A stretch of DNA of 64,000 bases, from assembly GCA_012295275.1 (NCBI GenBank), contig CM022666.1, forward strand, positions 1,860,001-1,924,000, given 5' to 3'. This document shows, in pieces, positions 11,545 to 26,302 of the stretch; positions within the stretch are counted from its first letter, which is position 1, and each line of letters opens with the position of its first letter. Both the position numbers and the translations under genes were made by a program. Below the pieces are notes generated by a model. That model ran no database searches and was not told where the DNA came from. It saw only the letters and a program-made list of their open reading frames with translations. This DNA is from Chrysomallon squamiferum. Its lineage: Eukaryota > Animalia > Mollusca.

Positions 11545-12317
11545 CTGAAAAAACAAAAAAGAAGAAAAACCATTAAAAATCTGGTTAAAAAAAATAATAA
11601 TAAAATAAAACAACAAAAAACTAAAATAAAAAGGGATGGAAAAAAAATCCAGGTAACTCACTAACACCTGTGTTATTACCTGTGCTAAAACAAACAGATC
11701 AGATTTTTAAAACAAATATCAATATACTACTGATGCCCGCATTATACCACCACACTCGGTGCAGCTGATAAATATCTATCAAACTCAATGACATCCTTTT
11801 ACCAACCCACTAAATCACATTTTCACTGGAAAAATAATTTTAATAACAAAACCCAAAACAAAATGGAGAGTTTCATTATTAAAGATGCTATTATCAGCGG
11901 GCTTTCATTTCGTATTTAGAAATGAATGAACCTGATGCCCTAATGTGATTGTGCAGGGTTTCGAATAATATCATCTGTCAACATGGCTATTAGTCATTTC
12001 AAAGAGATGGAAGCAACTTCAAAGGGTTTAACACAAGTAATGATAAGGGTTAATTAGGGATGATGACAAGAGAACCTGCTAGGGAAAACTCTGAACATCA
12101 AACTGTAATCTACAGTAATGATCTGAAATAATTACTGGTTTGGACTTTTTATGAAGATGAGATAAGAAAAAAGCAATAATAATAAAAAAAAAAAATGATA
12201 AAAGATCTCATAAACAGCAAACTAATTAGAAAGCATGTGTTGTGCGTGTGTCTGTTTACTTGGATTTAATTAGGGAAAACTAATACTGGTTTTAAGTGTA
12301 GAAATTATCGTTGTAAT

Positions 12318-12368
<51 letters not shown>

Positions 12369-13916
12369 ATAAAACAATTCTAACAATACATTATCATCCA
12401 GTGTACACAACACACTGAGAGTTACATACAGGTGAGAGAGTGGTGAAATTGGCCATCTTAAGTTGGCAAGAGTGCATCAACAAGTGATCAGAAACAACAA
12501 ACATCAGAGTGCGTGATCAAATAAAACAAACGTTCAGACAGTTCAGCTATCTCCAATCTCCGCTCTTATCTTAATCTACATCAAAAGCAAACTCTGCAAG
12601 GATGAAATGTTGTTGTTGTCATAGTTTCACTTTCTGAAGCTGCTGCTTTCAGAGCATGTGAGTTGTGTGCATGTGTGTGTGTGTGTGTGTGTCTGTGTGT
12701 GCATGCGCAAAAAGTGTGAGCATGAACACAAAAACACAAGCATTAAAATTATATAAGAGTATGTATGTAATATCTGTGTGTGTAATGTAGGAGAGTATGG
12801 ATCCAACATATCAGTATGCAAATAGGTTCATAAAAATAACATGTATATGACTTAAAATCATCAAAATTATTCGTTTAAGACTTATTGTAGAATATTACAG
12901 AGTAGAGAGTCATGGTAAATGAGTATGTAAGTAATACTCTTCTCAAGATTTCAGTGTTCTTATTTCTTTTTTTACTCCAAAAACTATATAGCTGTCATTT
13001 TCACTGCAAATAACAAATCACTGTAAACATTCTTCGCTGTTGTCTGATAATATTAATAATGCATTTTATGGGACACAGATGTTTAGTTTATCTGCAGTTG
13101 TTAAAGAATTCCAACTGATAAGTTATTTTTAAAAGCCCACAAAATGTAAAAATACAAGAACAGTAAATCAAATGACAGAAAACTCACATATGTATGTAAC
13201 TGAAAGCATGCACATCTCTAGATAAAAAAAAAAAAAAAACAGTAACTAAAACCTATCCAGAATATATGTTATTTTTAAAAAATCATGAAATTATTTCCAA
13301 AGTGTGTATAATTGTAAGGAATCTGACTTCAGGCTGTGAAGATTTTTTTTCTCAAGCCACAACACAAAAAAAAAAAAAAAAAAAAAAAAAAAACAGAAAT
13401 CCTTTATAAAAGAACAAACGTTCTTCTTCCAGGTCTTCCAGGCTGGTAATCCACAAAACTTTGCTGTTCTGTGTGTGTGTTGAAGAATTAGAAATCAGAT
13501 GTTATTATTGGCATTTCCAGTTTTCAGCGCCGGGCTCTTGATGTAGAGAATAAAAGAAAATTAACAAACTTTCCTAAGTGCTCTGAATTGGAGCTGTCTC
13601 TGAGAAAATAAACTGCCTTTTTATTGCCGGGTTTCTTCAGACAAGTGCTAAGACTCTTGGCCATGAAATTTCATGATCTATTGTTAAACCATGCTGAAAA
13701 GGGTCAAACAATTGAAAGAAAAAAGGGAAGAAGAAATGAACAAAAAAAAAAGAAAGAAAAAAACAAAAAAAAAGCCATTTCCAGGAATCATAAATTTTCG
13801 GAGTGTTTGTAGTGAATTGTCTCAATTCAAAAAGGTTTTTCCTTTCGCTTTTTATTTTTATTTTTTATTAACTTTTTAATCAGAATAATGGAGGGGAAAA
13901 AAAGAATACAAACAAC

Positions 13917-13949
<33 letters not shown>

Positions 13950-16900
13950 AACAGAAACCAGTGACATGTTTAAACAGAATGCAGTTTCATTGATTTTGCA
14001 TTAGTTCTAAACACAACAAAACCAAATTTCCACCAACTGAAAATTAATAATGGAATTAATTCTTTTTTCATCGGCTTTTCATTACTGCATTTATTAACCA
14101 TCAGATATGATTGAATTACATCAATCAATGATTTATAATTCCACACATATAATGGAAACACTGCTTGTCGTAATTCAGTTTGTGTGTAAAAATGCATGCA
14201 CACTGGGACCTGTGGTTTACCAATTGCAAAATATCATCAATTCATTTTTTTTATTATTATTAACTTTTCTTTTTAAGGTGCTAGCTGCAAGAACTGACAG
14301 AAAGGATGAAAGGAAAGTTTCTTCTAGTGATGAAATTTTTAGGTGTAAAAAAACTGGATTTGGATTCAGATAAAATAGGTAACAAAATGAAAACACCATT
14401 AGTTGAAATGATGATGATGATATGGTGTACTAGATGATGTAATAGTAATAGTAAGTAGTATAGTAGTAGTAGTAGTAATAATAAAATAAAATAAGAAGAC
14501 ACATTTTACGACAAAATATTCATTTACAAAACAATATATATATATATCATTTTATTAACAGGCCAAACTGTATTATTAAAATTTGATTAAGAAGAATGTC
14601 CAAAAAAATAATATTTAAACACATAAAAATACTTCTCCAGTTTCATTATTACAACAGCATTCCAATTATAATTCATCATTAAAGAGTGGGGTCAACTTTA
14701 GTTTTCTTAACACAGTGCAAACAGAGCTCTTTTTCTTTCTTGAGGGCTCTTTTTCGAGGGGGGGTTTTAATCAAATTTCGAGAATGTGTCCACAGTTTTT
14801 ATTTGCACGTCAGAGTGCACCACATGTCTTAAATTTGATCCCAGCACATCAGCCAGACGTCCTGCAACACGACTGTGCAAACAACATCAATTTTAATTTA
14901 GCAGCGAGTGTCTTCTTCTGACATGGGGCAATTAAATCGGCTGAGAGTGCATGCAACAACAAAAAAAAACCAAAAAAAGATAATAAGGAAAAAAAAAAGA
15001 ACAATGCAGTCTTAAAGAGCACAAAAATTGAGAGTTCTGCAGACAAAATTAATGGGAAGAGATAGCTGAACATCGTCATCGTTTTTCATTGTTATGAGTC
15101 AGAACACCGTGCAGTGGCTGATGTGGAAATATTACCATAAATTAGACTGACACCTGATACTGGTGATAAGCGTTTTGTAACGGAGACAACAACCTATTCC
15201 TTGCACTGGAGTGTTTTAGACTGTGTGACCAACTGTAAAGTGACAGGGCTCTGGAACTCTTTCATTTTCTTTTATAGTGAATCAATACTGATGTGTTGTG
15301 TTAATACACACAGTACTTTCTTAAAAAATGTTTCTTAAACTTTGGTACTGAAAGACGTCTTTAATAGTGCTGTTGTATAATGATCATGATTACATTTATC
15401 AAATAATGTATGTTTAAAAAATGTAAAAAAAAAAAAAAAAAAACAAAAAAAAATCATTAAAGTAACCATTTCTATGCCCCTCTCTCTCTCTCTCTCATAT
15501 CAGTTAAATTATCTTAAAAATATGCTGATTGTACAAATAAAGCATTAACATTAATAATAAAATGTAAACAATAACAATAAAGGACAAAAAAAAAAAAAAA
15601 AAAATAAAAAAAAAAAAAAAAAAAATAACAAATTGGAAATATTATAAATAATACCCCAAAACCATAGGCTCGTGTTCAGTGAAAAAATTCGGACTGGTGC
15701 ACACAGCAGGAGCACTGAAATGTCAAGTGTTTCCAGCCACGTGCCTCTGCATCCTAATTGTTCTGAGATAAATCAATATTAGCACAGGATTCCAAGATTA
15801 CATCTTGTAGAGGCAGAAAAAAAATGCATCAGATTTAAAGATGTTATTGTTTCCACAATCGGGTTTCATTTCCTGACAGCTCCCTGTCTTTTGCGACGAT
15901 TATTTTTTTATAAACCTGTGAGCTAGGAACATAATTATGGTTCTGATTAAAGGGCTAATTAAATTGAACATGACTCACACTGTGTGTGAAAAAAAAAACA
16001 CCAAAAAAAAAACCCCACTTGCTTTCCTTCAACTCTGTGAGATTAATCCAAAAAAAAAAAAAAAAGAAGAAAAAACAAAAAGAAAAAAAAGAAGGCAGGG
16101 GAGAAAAATGTCCAAATCATTGCAGAAGAGTTGACTATAAAAATTTATCAAACTGCCTGGGAAAAGGCCTCAGTGGAATTGGAAAAAACCCTGAAGCAGT
16201 TAATTTAGTAATCATTGTCACAGCAGCTGGGACCCTTTCTCAAAGACTTTTTTTTTTTTGTTCTTTCTTAGCAAGAGTTGTCAATGCAATTGGCCTGATT
16301 GCAGCAGAAAGTTGACATTGATAACTCAATTGTTAAGGAATGTGATCATTTTTTTCCCCTTTCTATCTTCTGTTTTTATAACAAAATAAAAAGGGACTAA
16401 GAATGGTTTTTCTATGCGTTTTTCAAATAAGCAGAGTTGTAATAAATTATATCAGAGATACAAAAAATTATCACATTTGATATTTATAATTCAATGTTGG
16501 TAAATACTCATGTAAAATACAAATGGTTTAATTATTTTGTTAGTCAAGGTTAATTCTGAAGAAAAAAAATTCCATTTTTTTAAAAACTTTTTAAAGCATA
16601 GTTGTTTTCTTAATTGCAAGGATCTGTTATAAGCTTTTAATGCTTGTGTTTTGACGAATTAGGCTTGAGCTTAAATGTGTTAGGATCTGAACATTTGTTC
16701 TTGTTCGCAGCAAGATTTAATTGGGTTCTAAGATTATACTTATGTCTGACTAATCTTCTAACACTAACCCTGTCAGAAGCAACAAGTAAGAGTTCTGGAT
16801 TACTACTCTTTTCAGATCACCTCACAACTGCCTGCTCTAACACAATAAAACTTCTCTGATAGCAGTAACATCCAGTGATGATACCAGAACAAAAAACATC

Positions 16901-19900
16901 AGAAGAAGAAAATAAACTAAAAGTATAATCCATCACGTACTAAACAACCTCTTTAAAAAAAAAAAAAAAAAAACCCGTAAAGAGATGGAGCAGAATGCAA
17001 GGAAACACATGCTATGTTCACAGATGATTAACTCTAATGTGGAATGGTCAGTCTGTCTTGGCATCTGGTAGTAGCAGCATTCAACCTGAAGAAAAAAAAC
17101 CCTTATCATGGAACATCTCATCTCTGCCCATCTTCTTTTTTTAATTCACAACATTTGTTACAAGCTTAAAACAGACGAGAATAATCAAATTGTTTAGATG
17201 TCAGCTCACACATGTCTGATGGAAAAGATGTTACATTAACATTTTGTAGCTTATGTACCTTATCTGCATGGGCTACCTTAAAACATTCTTTCTTTTCATG
17301 ACTGTGCATTCATTGAAACCAAAAAAAAAAATGTAGAAAATGTATTCACGATTATGCTGGATAACCTGAAATTATTCTAAAAATCTAAAAACATCCCTTT
17401 GCTGTTGTTAAAGAATTATTTAAAATCGTTTGCAATGTCTTTGATGATGTTAATAAAAGTGTGTTTTTCTTAACAGACCCAAGTAAGACTGAAATGCACA
17501 GAGGTATCCTAATTCCACGAAATTCATATGCAGAAGGCTTAGTCAGTCGCCAAAGCCATAAGCTATTTTGATCTCTTAGACCTCATAGATGAACATGTCA
17601 GGGAAAAAAAAAGAAAAGAAAAAAAAAAGAAAAGAAAGAAGATTTCTTGTTACTGTGCCAGGCACGCAAACAACTCACTAGATATGAGCTGGTATATTTG
17701 CTCACTGGCAAATATCTTAATGAAAGTGAAACCATAAAAGTGGAACCCCAAAGAATCAATACCTATTTCCTCTAATACAAACTTTACTTCCTTTTGTATA
17801 ATTGGACATCCAAGATCAATGCAATTTATGCACACACGTACTCAAATCGGACAGTTATGGATGGGAAACATTGATTAATCAATGGGACAATTACAGAAAC
17901 AGCATCATTTTACAGATGAAAAAAAACAAAAAGTGAAAAATAAAAAGAAATTTTTGCTTGTTATTCATGTTCTGTAATTTCAGACACAGGAGTTATAAAC
18001 AAGTGTGCTGGGTTTTACAATAACCAGAACACTGCTATTACCACCAAATGCAGATGATAGGGTCCAAGACAGTTCTTTATTTCAGTGCTGTTTATAATTT
18101 GCTTCTGCCACAACAACCAATCTGAATAATAATTATGTGAAGAACAATACTTAAATTGACTGTGTATCAGGTATCTCACATTGTATTTATTATTATTATT
18201 ATATTATTTATTGTTTACTCTTTTCATTCTTATTTTTGTTTCAATTATGGACATCAATTTGTTTGTAATTCCAAAAACATCAAGTACTGAAGGTGAATTA
18301 CCAGCAAAACTAGCTAATTTATAGTAAATTTTTTATTTATACCTTGAGAAAAGTTCAAAGAAATATCCTGTGTTTCAAAGTTATTTCTACGTTTGATAAT
18401 TAACCTCAGTCACACAACACTGGCAATATTAGGTATTAAAATTTAACATCGGCATATCATGCATGAAATTAGTTTCCACTTTCAGTACTTAAACCTTAGT
18501 TTGAAAAATATTTTCTAGACACTTTCAAAGTAAAAGGAATGTATTAATAACACTCTGACTGATTTAAATTAATGCAGTTTTGCTGAAAGTGAATTATCTA
18601 ATATTCTACAACTACCTAATAACTTCTTTGAAGGTAAATATGTAAGATTAGTTAGACATAACTTGAAAAACTGGATACTAAAACATGTACACACACTCAA
18701 TGGCAAATAAATTTTAATTTGATCTACAGAAGATAATAATAAAATTCCAAACAGATATATACTAACTACAATTTTAATGGGTAAAACTACAAAATATTTC
18801 AAGCACATGTAGAGTATTTAACTTGTGAACTAATAACGGTCAAAGTTTTTTTTTTGGGAGGTGAAAAGTGTCTGAAATTCTCAAGAAATGACAGGTAAAG
18901 AAAAGCTGACACCAGCTGCCAAAGTGACACACAGTTTAGATTAGCAATTGAAAAGAATTACTGAAAGATGATCAACATCAGCGTTTCAAACAAACCATGA
19001 AATGAGCTTCAGTGGACGAAAGCATCAATCAAACTGCAGTCTGGGCAGAAATATGCATTTTATGTAAGAAGTTAAAGTCAAAGAATGGTAAACACCTGCT
19101 ACTGGTTAAACCCTCAGTTTTGAGTTACTATCAGGAGAACAAACTCCCCATTAACCTCGTTTTAACACTGAATCTGAAATAATTTTCAACTGCCATGAGC
19201 TTGATTTTGTTAAATATTGAGTCAGTGAGATCTATTATTAATGGCATTTTTGAAAGTTCATTTTAAAGCTGTTTTCAACTGTTATCAGTTTGGTTTTAAA
19301 TGGGAAGTGAGCCACTAGGCCAGACAGATAATGGATGAAAGTGTGGCATTACACATCTCATTAACTTCATTTTAGTACCACTATTAAATCAACCATGCTC
19401 CAAAGTGAAACTGTACTTGATCCACTAATAACATCTATTCTGAATCGGCTCTGATAGTATTTTAGTCAGTCATACAGCTCTTTCCCACTGTTATTAGTTT
19501 GATTTTAATGGAAAGTAAAGTACTAAACATTACTGAAATACCAGGCACCACATAATCTGTATTTCTGTACTACACCACCACGGCATTCTAAATATCTCTC
19601 TAATATTACAAACCGAAAGCAAAGTATCATTTGTTTTAATAATAGCTTCAAGTCTTGCTCCCAGTGTGTATGTTTATCTTAGACAAAAATCTTCCAAGGT
19701 TTAAGAACTGAGAAAAAACACACAGTTAATGGCCTTGACGGCCATATTAAGTAACTTGTGATGCTGTCTAATTAAAATTCACAGACACTGCTTAATCTGT
19801 GATCAAGTGATACATCATTAAACAAGTTTCACTGTTACTGGAGATTTCTTACATCAGTTTAGAATAGGCAGGTGTTACTATTAATGCGCGATCTCGTGTC

Positions 19901-21359
19901 CTCGGTGAAGCAGAAAATAACCGAAGAAGAGTAATGTAACTGAAACGGTATTTATACACACATCTCCAGCCAGGCAATGGCCCATTACAGATCACTGAAC
20001 CTTTGATAAAGAGTTGGAAGACGGTGCCAAGTCCTCAAAACTTTCTTACATCTCTTGCCTGTCCCTGTTAAAACTGTGGCTAAGTCAGGAGTCTGTGCAT
20101 GTGACAAGCACATCAGAACTGATTAAACTGCCCCACACCCAAATGTTAACAGGTAAGACAAAATAACACAACTGCAGAACGTGAATATTCAACGAATAAA
20201 TTAAATAAGGGTCAAATATCTGTTAAAATTTCTAATTTTCTTATTTGAAATGAAATTAAAAGAGTTCATAAAAAGAAAAAATATAAAGTACCAGAAATAT
20301 TTTCTTTTGAAAATAACGTAACTGTTAAATATGTTTTTCTTTCTAACTATCATTTTGGAACTGACAAAAAAGACAATGGTTGAGAAATAGGGATGAAGAA
20401 GAATTTGGGTATCTGTACATCAAAAATACAATTATGACACAAACAATAATTCTGCAGTTCACTCAAACATTACATTTACCACTTATACATGAATAAAATG
20501 CTTGACAAAAACTTTGAGTATATCTAACCACCCACCAGTTTTATAATTCCCCTGTTGCTTGTTCAGGAAAGAAAAAAAAAAAAAAAAAAAAAAAAAAAGG
20601 GAAGAAAAATTAACACAGAAGTCTCCAGTCTTATAATCTATAATAGGACTAAATGTGACAGCTTACATTCCATTCCACTAATTGAGAATGAAGTCATTTG
20701 GAAGACAGCTAGCTGTGTGAGACTTGGTGAGAACATTCCTGGACGTACTCTGGTCACTGAGCTGCTGAGTAATTTTTAAAAGTGATCCATTCAGACAGAA
20801 AACTGGGCTTACATGGGAAAATGTCCACAGTTACATTTGTTTGGCCACAGTGGAGAGCAAACAAAAGTGGATGGACTAAGAAAACAGGAAGCGGCTTCCT
20901 ACATCCAAGATCAGAGGTTAAGTAACACCAACTTAGAATATTTAATTTTTGCAAAAAGTTTTGTGGGAATCACTGGCAAAAATAGAGCAACTTGATCTGT
21001 CATCGGTTTTGTCACTTTTCTCCACTTTACTAATACTTACCTCAACTCACCCCCCCCCAAAAAAAAACACTACCTCCAATAGCAAGAAAAAAACAAACAA
21101 AAAACAACAATAACAAAACAAACCAAAACAATTAAGGTTAAGTAAAAAAAATTGTCTACAATGGGGGGAAAACTGGAAAATATTAAACTTGTTCTAAATA
21201 TTATTTTATTGCTTTTCAGCCAGACCTCCTTACATCCAATAATGTAATATTAAAAAAAAAAAAAAAGAAAGAAAGAAAATTAACACTAATGAAAACAACA
21301 ATGAATTAACAGCAACAGCTATTACAAAATTATTAGCAGAAGTTAACAGATATCCTCAG

Positions 21360-21394
<35 letters not shown>

Positions 21395-22189
21395 TAAACA
21401 TCCCCCCCAAAACCCAGAAAAAAATATTTAAAATAATACACATCAGAAGTTAAGTAAGTAAAACTATTTAATTTCCACAACACATCTTGTCACATTAAAA
21501 ATAAGTAGATAAATAAAATTACATTTAAGATAAACATGTTTTCAGTTTCTTACTTTTATTACATCATTAAGAAATAAAATGTTAATAAAAAAAAAAAAAC
21601 TTCAGTTTAGTTTCTTATATTACAAACTGCATCACCCATCAAGGGGAAATAAATTTTTCTCTTCTGCTGCTGTATGGAAAGAGATTATTTACATTTATTC
21701 TTACCACACACAGAGATGATGTTAATTTACACATGCAAACAAGAAAATAACTAGAGATCATCTGGTTCACATTTTCATTCAAACCAACACTTAGAACTGG
21801 CCAAGCTCTGATTACCTATTAGAGAGACAATAAGCACCCCCCCATTTTGTTACAAAACTGTGAGCATGTGTGATAGTAAAAGAAAGAAGAGAGAAAATGA
21901 GGAGAAATGAGACAGAGAGAAAAAGATAACACAAACATATCAGCCAGTCATTTAAAAAGTAACGTTTCTTAACTTTAGTCTTTTCTTTTTAAAGATAAAT
22001 CAGTGTATAAATTAGCTTTAAAATACATTTAGTAAATTATTGTTATTAATGTGCATTGTTGTTTTTTGTTTTGTTTTTTTAAACAAAAAATATTTTGTCT
22101 TCTAGTTAACGCTAGTTCTGTATTATTATAAACATTACTTATTTCACACGAAAAATTATTACTGGTCTTTAGATGGGTTTTTTTTTAGA

Positions 22190-22226
<37 letters not shown>

Positions 22227-22698
22227 TTATTATTTTCAAAAACTTCTATTTGCTACAAATAAAATTCACACACACACCCAAATATGCAACAATTAACATT
22301 TCCTCAAAACTGGCATCATTTTGCTTTCTCTCCATTGTCTTCATTTTCCCCCAAAACAATGGACAGCACAATGAGCTGTGAAAAAAAACACCAAGTCACA
22401 CCCAGAATACAGTCAGTGATTAAAGACAAATAAACAACCAGCAAACTAATACCCTGTGAAAATTTTCTAAAAGTCCTGAAGATCGGGGCTTTGAAAAGGG
22501 CAAGCTGTGCTTTATTGCAGAATGATCACCAAGGGAGGATTTTATGACTAGCATATGAGCCACAGCATGAGAGGGTAGCAGCAGTTCCCAATTAAAACCT
22601 TCAGCTCTGTCAAGGTGGCAGGCACATTTAATGGCAGAGCTGGTGTTATTTAGCACTGTGCTGTTGCCACTGATTTCAAAAAACGATCTGCTTTACTT

Positions 22699-22896
22699 GT
22701 TACTTTGCTTCATGTGTAAGTTACACCAGCTGAAGTGGTTACTCTCCTTCATTTGTAAGTTACAGCAGCTGAAGTGGTTACTCTGCTTTGTTTGTAAGTT
22801 ACAGCAGCTGAAGTGGTTACTCTGCTTTGTTTGTATGTTACAGCAGCTGAAGTGGTTACTCTGCATCATGTGTAAGTTACAGCAGCTGAAGTGGTT
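22699..22896. repeat. 39-bp minisatellite, 5 copies (consensus GTTACTCTGCTTYRTKTGTAAGTTACAGCAGCTGAAGTG)
   Basis: Units start at 22699, 22738, 22777, 22816 and 22855, head to tail, with a few substitutions in the first half of each unit. Confidence 0.95.
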
Positions 22897-23013
22897 CTTG
22901 TTCACTGACCTGAGCTTAGTGCAGATTAACATTCGCAGAATTACAGTCATGCTGAATGCAACTGAAGGAACAGTATCTGCTGATTACATGCATGATAACT
23001 TTGTAGCATTTAT

Positions 23014-23072
<59 letters not shown>

Positions 23073-23099
23073 ATAGTAGTAGTAGTAGTAGTAATAGTG

Positions 23100-23140
<41 letters not shown>
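23014..23140. repeat. (TAG)n microsatellite
   Basis: Read directly; it produces the poly-Ser and poly-Thr ORFs in the track. Confidence 0.97.
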
Positions 23141-23305
23141 TAAATATCTATTGTTCTTTCTGTTTTGTCTGTCTGTCTGCTTCTCTTTTCCTTTCAACCC
23201 CTTCCTTCCTTAATATCTCGTTAAATATAAATATGTAAAACTGAGTATCTCATAACATTATCAAATACTGTCTTTACTTTTTTCTCTATCTAGGATTAAG
23301 ATGAA

Positions 23306-23361
<56 letters not shown>

Positions 23362-23821
23362 AGTCACATTTCAACCATATCACTCATATAAATATCATTC
23401 AGACGTTTTGCCTCTGGTATGTACCACTTAAGGAATATCAGATTCTCAACTGAAAATTATAAATCTATTTTATTTCATAACATGACACCCAGCACAAAGG
23501 ATTTCTTTCCTAATCTGACAGTCTCCACAGTCAAGATGCGTTCCATACTGTCCACAATGTTCTAACCATTATCTAATCAAACAGTCCCAGCATCATCATT
23601 TAAAACTCATTTGATTGCAAATTCAGAGAATCGTTTATAACATTTTAAGTCATTCGAGCCAAGCTTGTCAACCAAATCACATTTATCATTTTATGACAGA
23701 CGACCACTTGGACAGACACCAGCCCGGAGTAATGGATTTTTTACAGGTCAGCCTGAAATTTATCAAATCTGGAAATTCTTTACTGCAAGACAATGGCTGC
23801 CTGGTTGACAGTAGTGACAAG

Positions 23822-23888
23822 TCTGTCTGTCTGTCTGTTTCTGTCTGTGTCTCTGTGTGTGTGTGTGTGTCTCTCTGTGTCTCTTTCT

Positions 23889-23943
<55 letters not shown>
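23822..23943. repeat. Compound (TCTG)n/(TG)n/(TC)n microsatellite
   Basis: Read directly. Confidence 0.93.
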
Positions 23944-23945
<2 letters not shown>

Positions 23946-25445
23946 CCTCCCATTTTATTTCTATGTGTATAAAAGTATTTGTACATGCATGTATGTCCTC
24001 ATATTTGTGTGGGTGTTTTCAAAACTAATAAATAAATAAATAGCACACAAAAAAAATTACAAAAACAAACAAAAGCCATGGCCTCCTTAAAAAGATAATT
24101 GATGCCACCTTCTAGAATGCAAAACAGTGCTTCGTTTTATAGCTGTGAAATAAGGCGTGCAGCCTGGCCTGGCCTGGTCCCACTTGGTAAAATAGCTCAT
24201 TTATCTTTCACATCAAAGGTGCAAGTTTAAACTCCAGATGTCTATACAAACACAAAACTGTCATTTTGTCATAACCTGAGTATCCTACATCTAAGCATGT
24301 TATGAAGATAAGCTGTGTTTATTGACATAATTATAAACCAAATTTTCCTCAACTAAGGTTTTTAAATTCTTTCAATTCTTGGGGTTTTTCCTCCCGTTTT
24401 TGTTACTCATTACTATTATTATGAGTTTCTTTTATGTGTTTCTTTTAAAAAAATTAAAAACATTACTTATTTAATTTTAAGAGTGATTTTGAAAATTGAA
24501 CAATAGCAAAGTAGCAACAGTAGATGCCTTTTTGAGTAATTTATATATAGGCATATATAGAGATATATTTTTTCTTCTTATTTTTCTGTACACAGCAATT
24601 AATTATATAAGTTTTGAAGGTAAACATGTTAAATCCTGTCAAGGAACTCAATTATTTTTCTTAAACATTTCAGACCATAAGCACGTGACAAAGAGAATAT
24701 TTTCCACACAGAACCTTTAAGCAAATATGCCAAAAGAATTTTTTACATCTGAAGATTTACTTTCTATGGGGTTTCAAGGCTGCAGATCAGTTGTATTAGT
24801 TCTAGTGAAACACTCTACTCGTGCCTTGGCTGTAATCTCTGTCAAGAGAGCCACAGGATTAGAAACGGAGGATTAACCAGCTGGATTATCCAAGTGTGAA
24901 GATTAACACCAGACTTCCATAATCTGACTTCAAACATGGCTGAACCTAACACGAAGAAAATTCACAGAATGTCTGACTCACTTGGGTCTTAGTAAACACC
25001 AGTAATGACCGACTACAAAACAGTCAACCACCTATCCCAAACTGTGACACAAAAGAATCTAAAAGCATGTTAGATAACACACTTTAAAAAAAATCTGAGG
25101 TCATCACCTTCTTACAAAACCATGTACACTGTAGATTTCAACAAGGAAATGCTAATTTAATAAAGAGGCTTTTTCTGGTGATTTAATCAAATCTGTAACA
25201 TGACATAAGAATACCATAGACACTCGTTAGTGCTTCACTTGCCAGTGCTTGAACTTCTAAGATGTAAGCAGGTTACGCAAACACCATTATGTTGATGGCT
25301 TAATAAAAACAATGTTGCTTTGGTTAATGTCTGGTACTCACTTGTTTATCTTCAAATCAGCTTCGTCCATTAGCAAGCACTTTAAGTTTAAAAATGATAA
25401 AGATACAGCTAAAATGAAGTCATAATTCATTCACAACAAATTCAT

Positions 25446-25446
<1 letters not shown>

Positions 25447-25513
<67 letters not shown>
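25447..25513. repeat. (CT)n microsatellite
   Basis: Read directly. Confidence 0.97.
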
Positions 25514-25516
<3 letters not shown>

Positions 25517-26249
25517 TTATATATACAATATCAGAACATTGTAATTAAGAATAATAAATCTCCAACTGGATAATAACCCTGTTTTCCATTCCAACACTAT
25601 TAATGAATGAATGAATTAATTAAAACTGAAAGAATTTTTAAACAAATGAATTTTCTGATGACTTTATCTTGTTGAAATGAATTGTAATTTTAAACTGAAC
25701 AGAAAGAAAATTAAATATAAATATATAAAATTTAGTTTTCCTAGGTTTTTTTTTTATCTGTTTCTTTCTTTTTTGTAATTATTATTTTTATTTTTATTAT
25801 TCTTTAAATTTACTGAGGAATGTTCCTTAACAAATAAGAAAGATTTCTGACATTGCATTAAGTATCTTTGCCAGGTGAATGACCAAGATTGCTTGGGATC
25901 AGTGAACTATACATTTCATGACAGAAATCACTTTAACTACATTTTCACAGCATCATCTTTCCACCTGGATATAGTGTAGCAAAAAGATAAAAGATCTCAA
26001 GATTGAAATAAAAGGATTATGTGATCCACGTGAAAGTATATTGAATATTAAATCTCACAGATTGTTTTGCATGAGAGGTATCTCTCTCTCTCTCTCCACT
26101 TTATGCACTTTTAATGAGGTATTCACTTATTGTGAAGGCAGAGAATAAACAATTGTTATTTGGAATTTTTATTCATTTTAAAAAAGATGTGTTACACTGA
26201 TCCTATCCTATTTGAATTGCGTCAAGACAATGACAATAACAATTACTGA

Positions 26250-26302
<53 letters not shown>

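Noticed and set aside
22631-23197. 170-aa and overlapping ORFs with 13-aa repeats and poly-Ser/Thr; also a superficial CRISPR-like periodicity
   Set aside because: The ORFs come from the 39-bp minisatellite and (TAG)n. The units are contiguous with no unique spacers, there are no cas genes, and the context is a spliceosomal intron.
24165-24240. tRNA/SINE-like A- and B-box-like words (also near 40590-40660 on the minus strand, and a SINE-core-like phrase near 63405-63445)
   Set aside because: Too degenerate: no cloverleaf, no tail or TSD, and no second copy in the window. A repeat-library search would be needed.
25335-25370. Minus-strand ATG GAC GAA GCT GAT TTG AAG ATA AAC AA|gtgagt (MDEADLKIN) alternative first-exon candidate
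   Set aside because: The donor is in phase 2, incompatible with the phase-0 acceptor at 11544.
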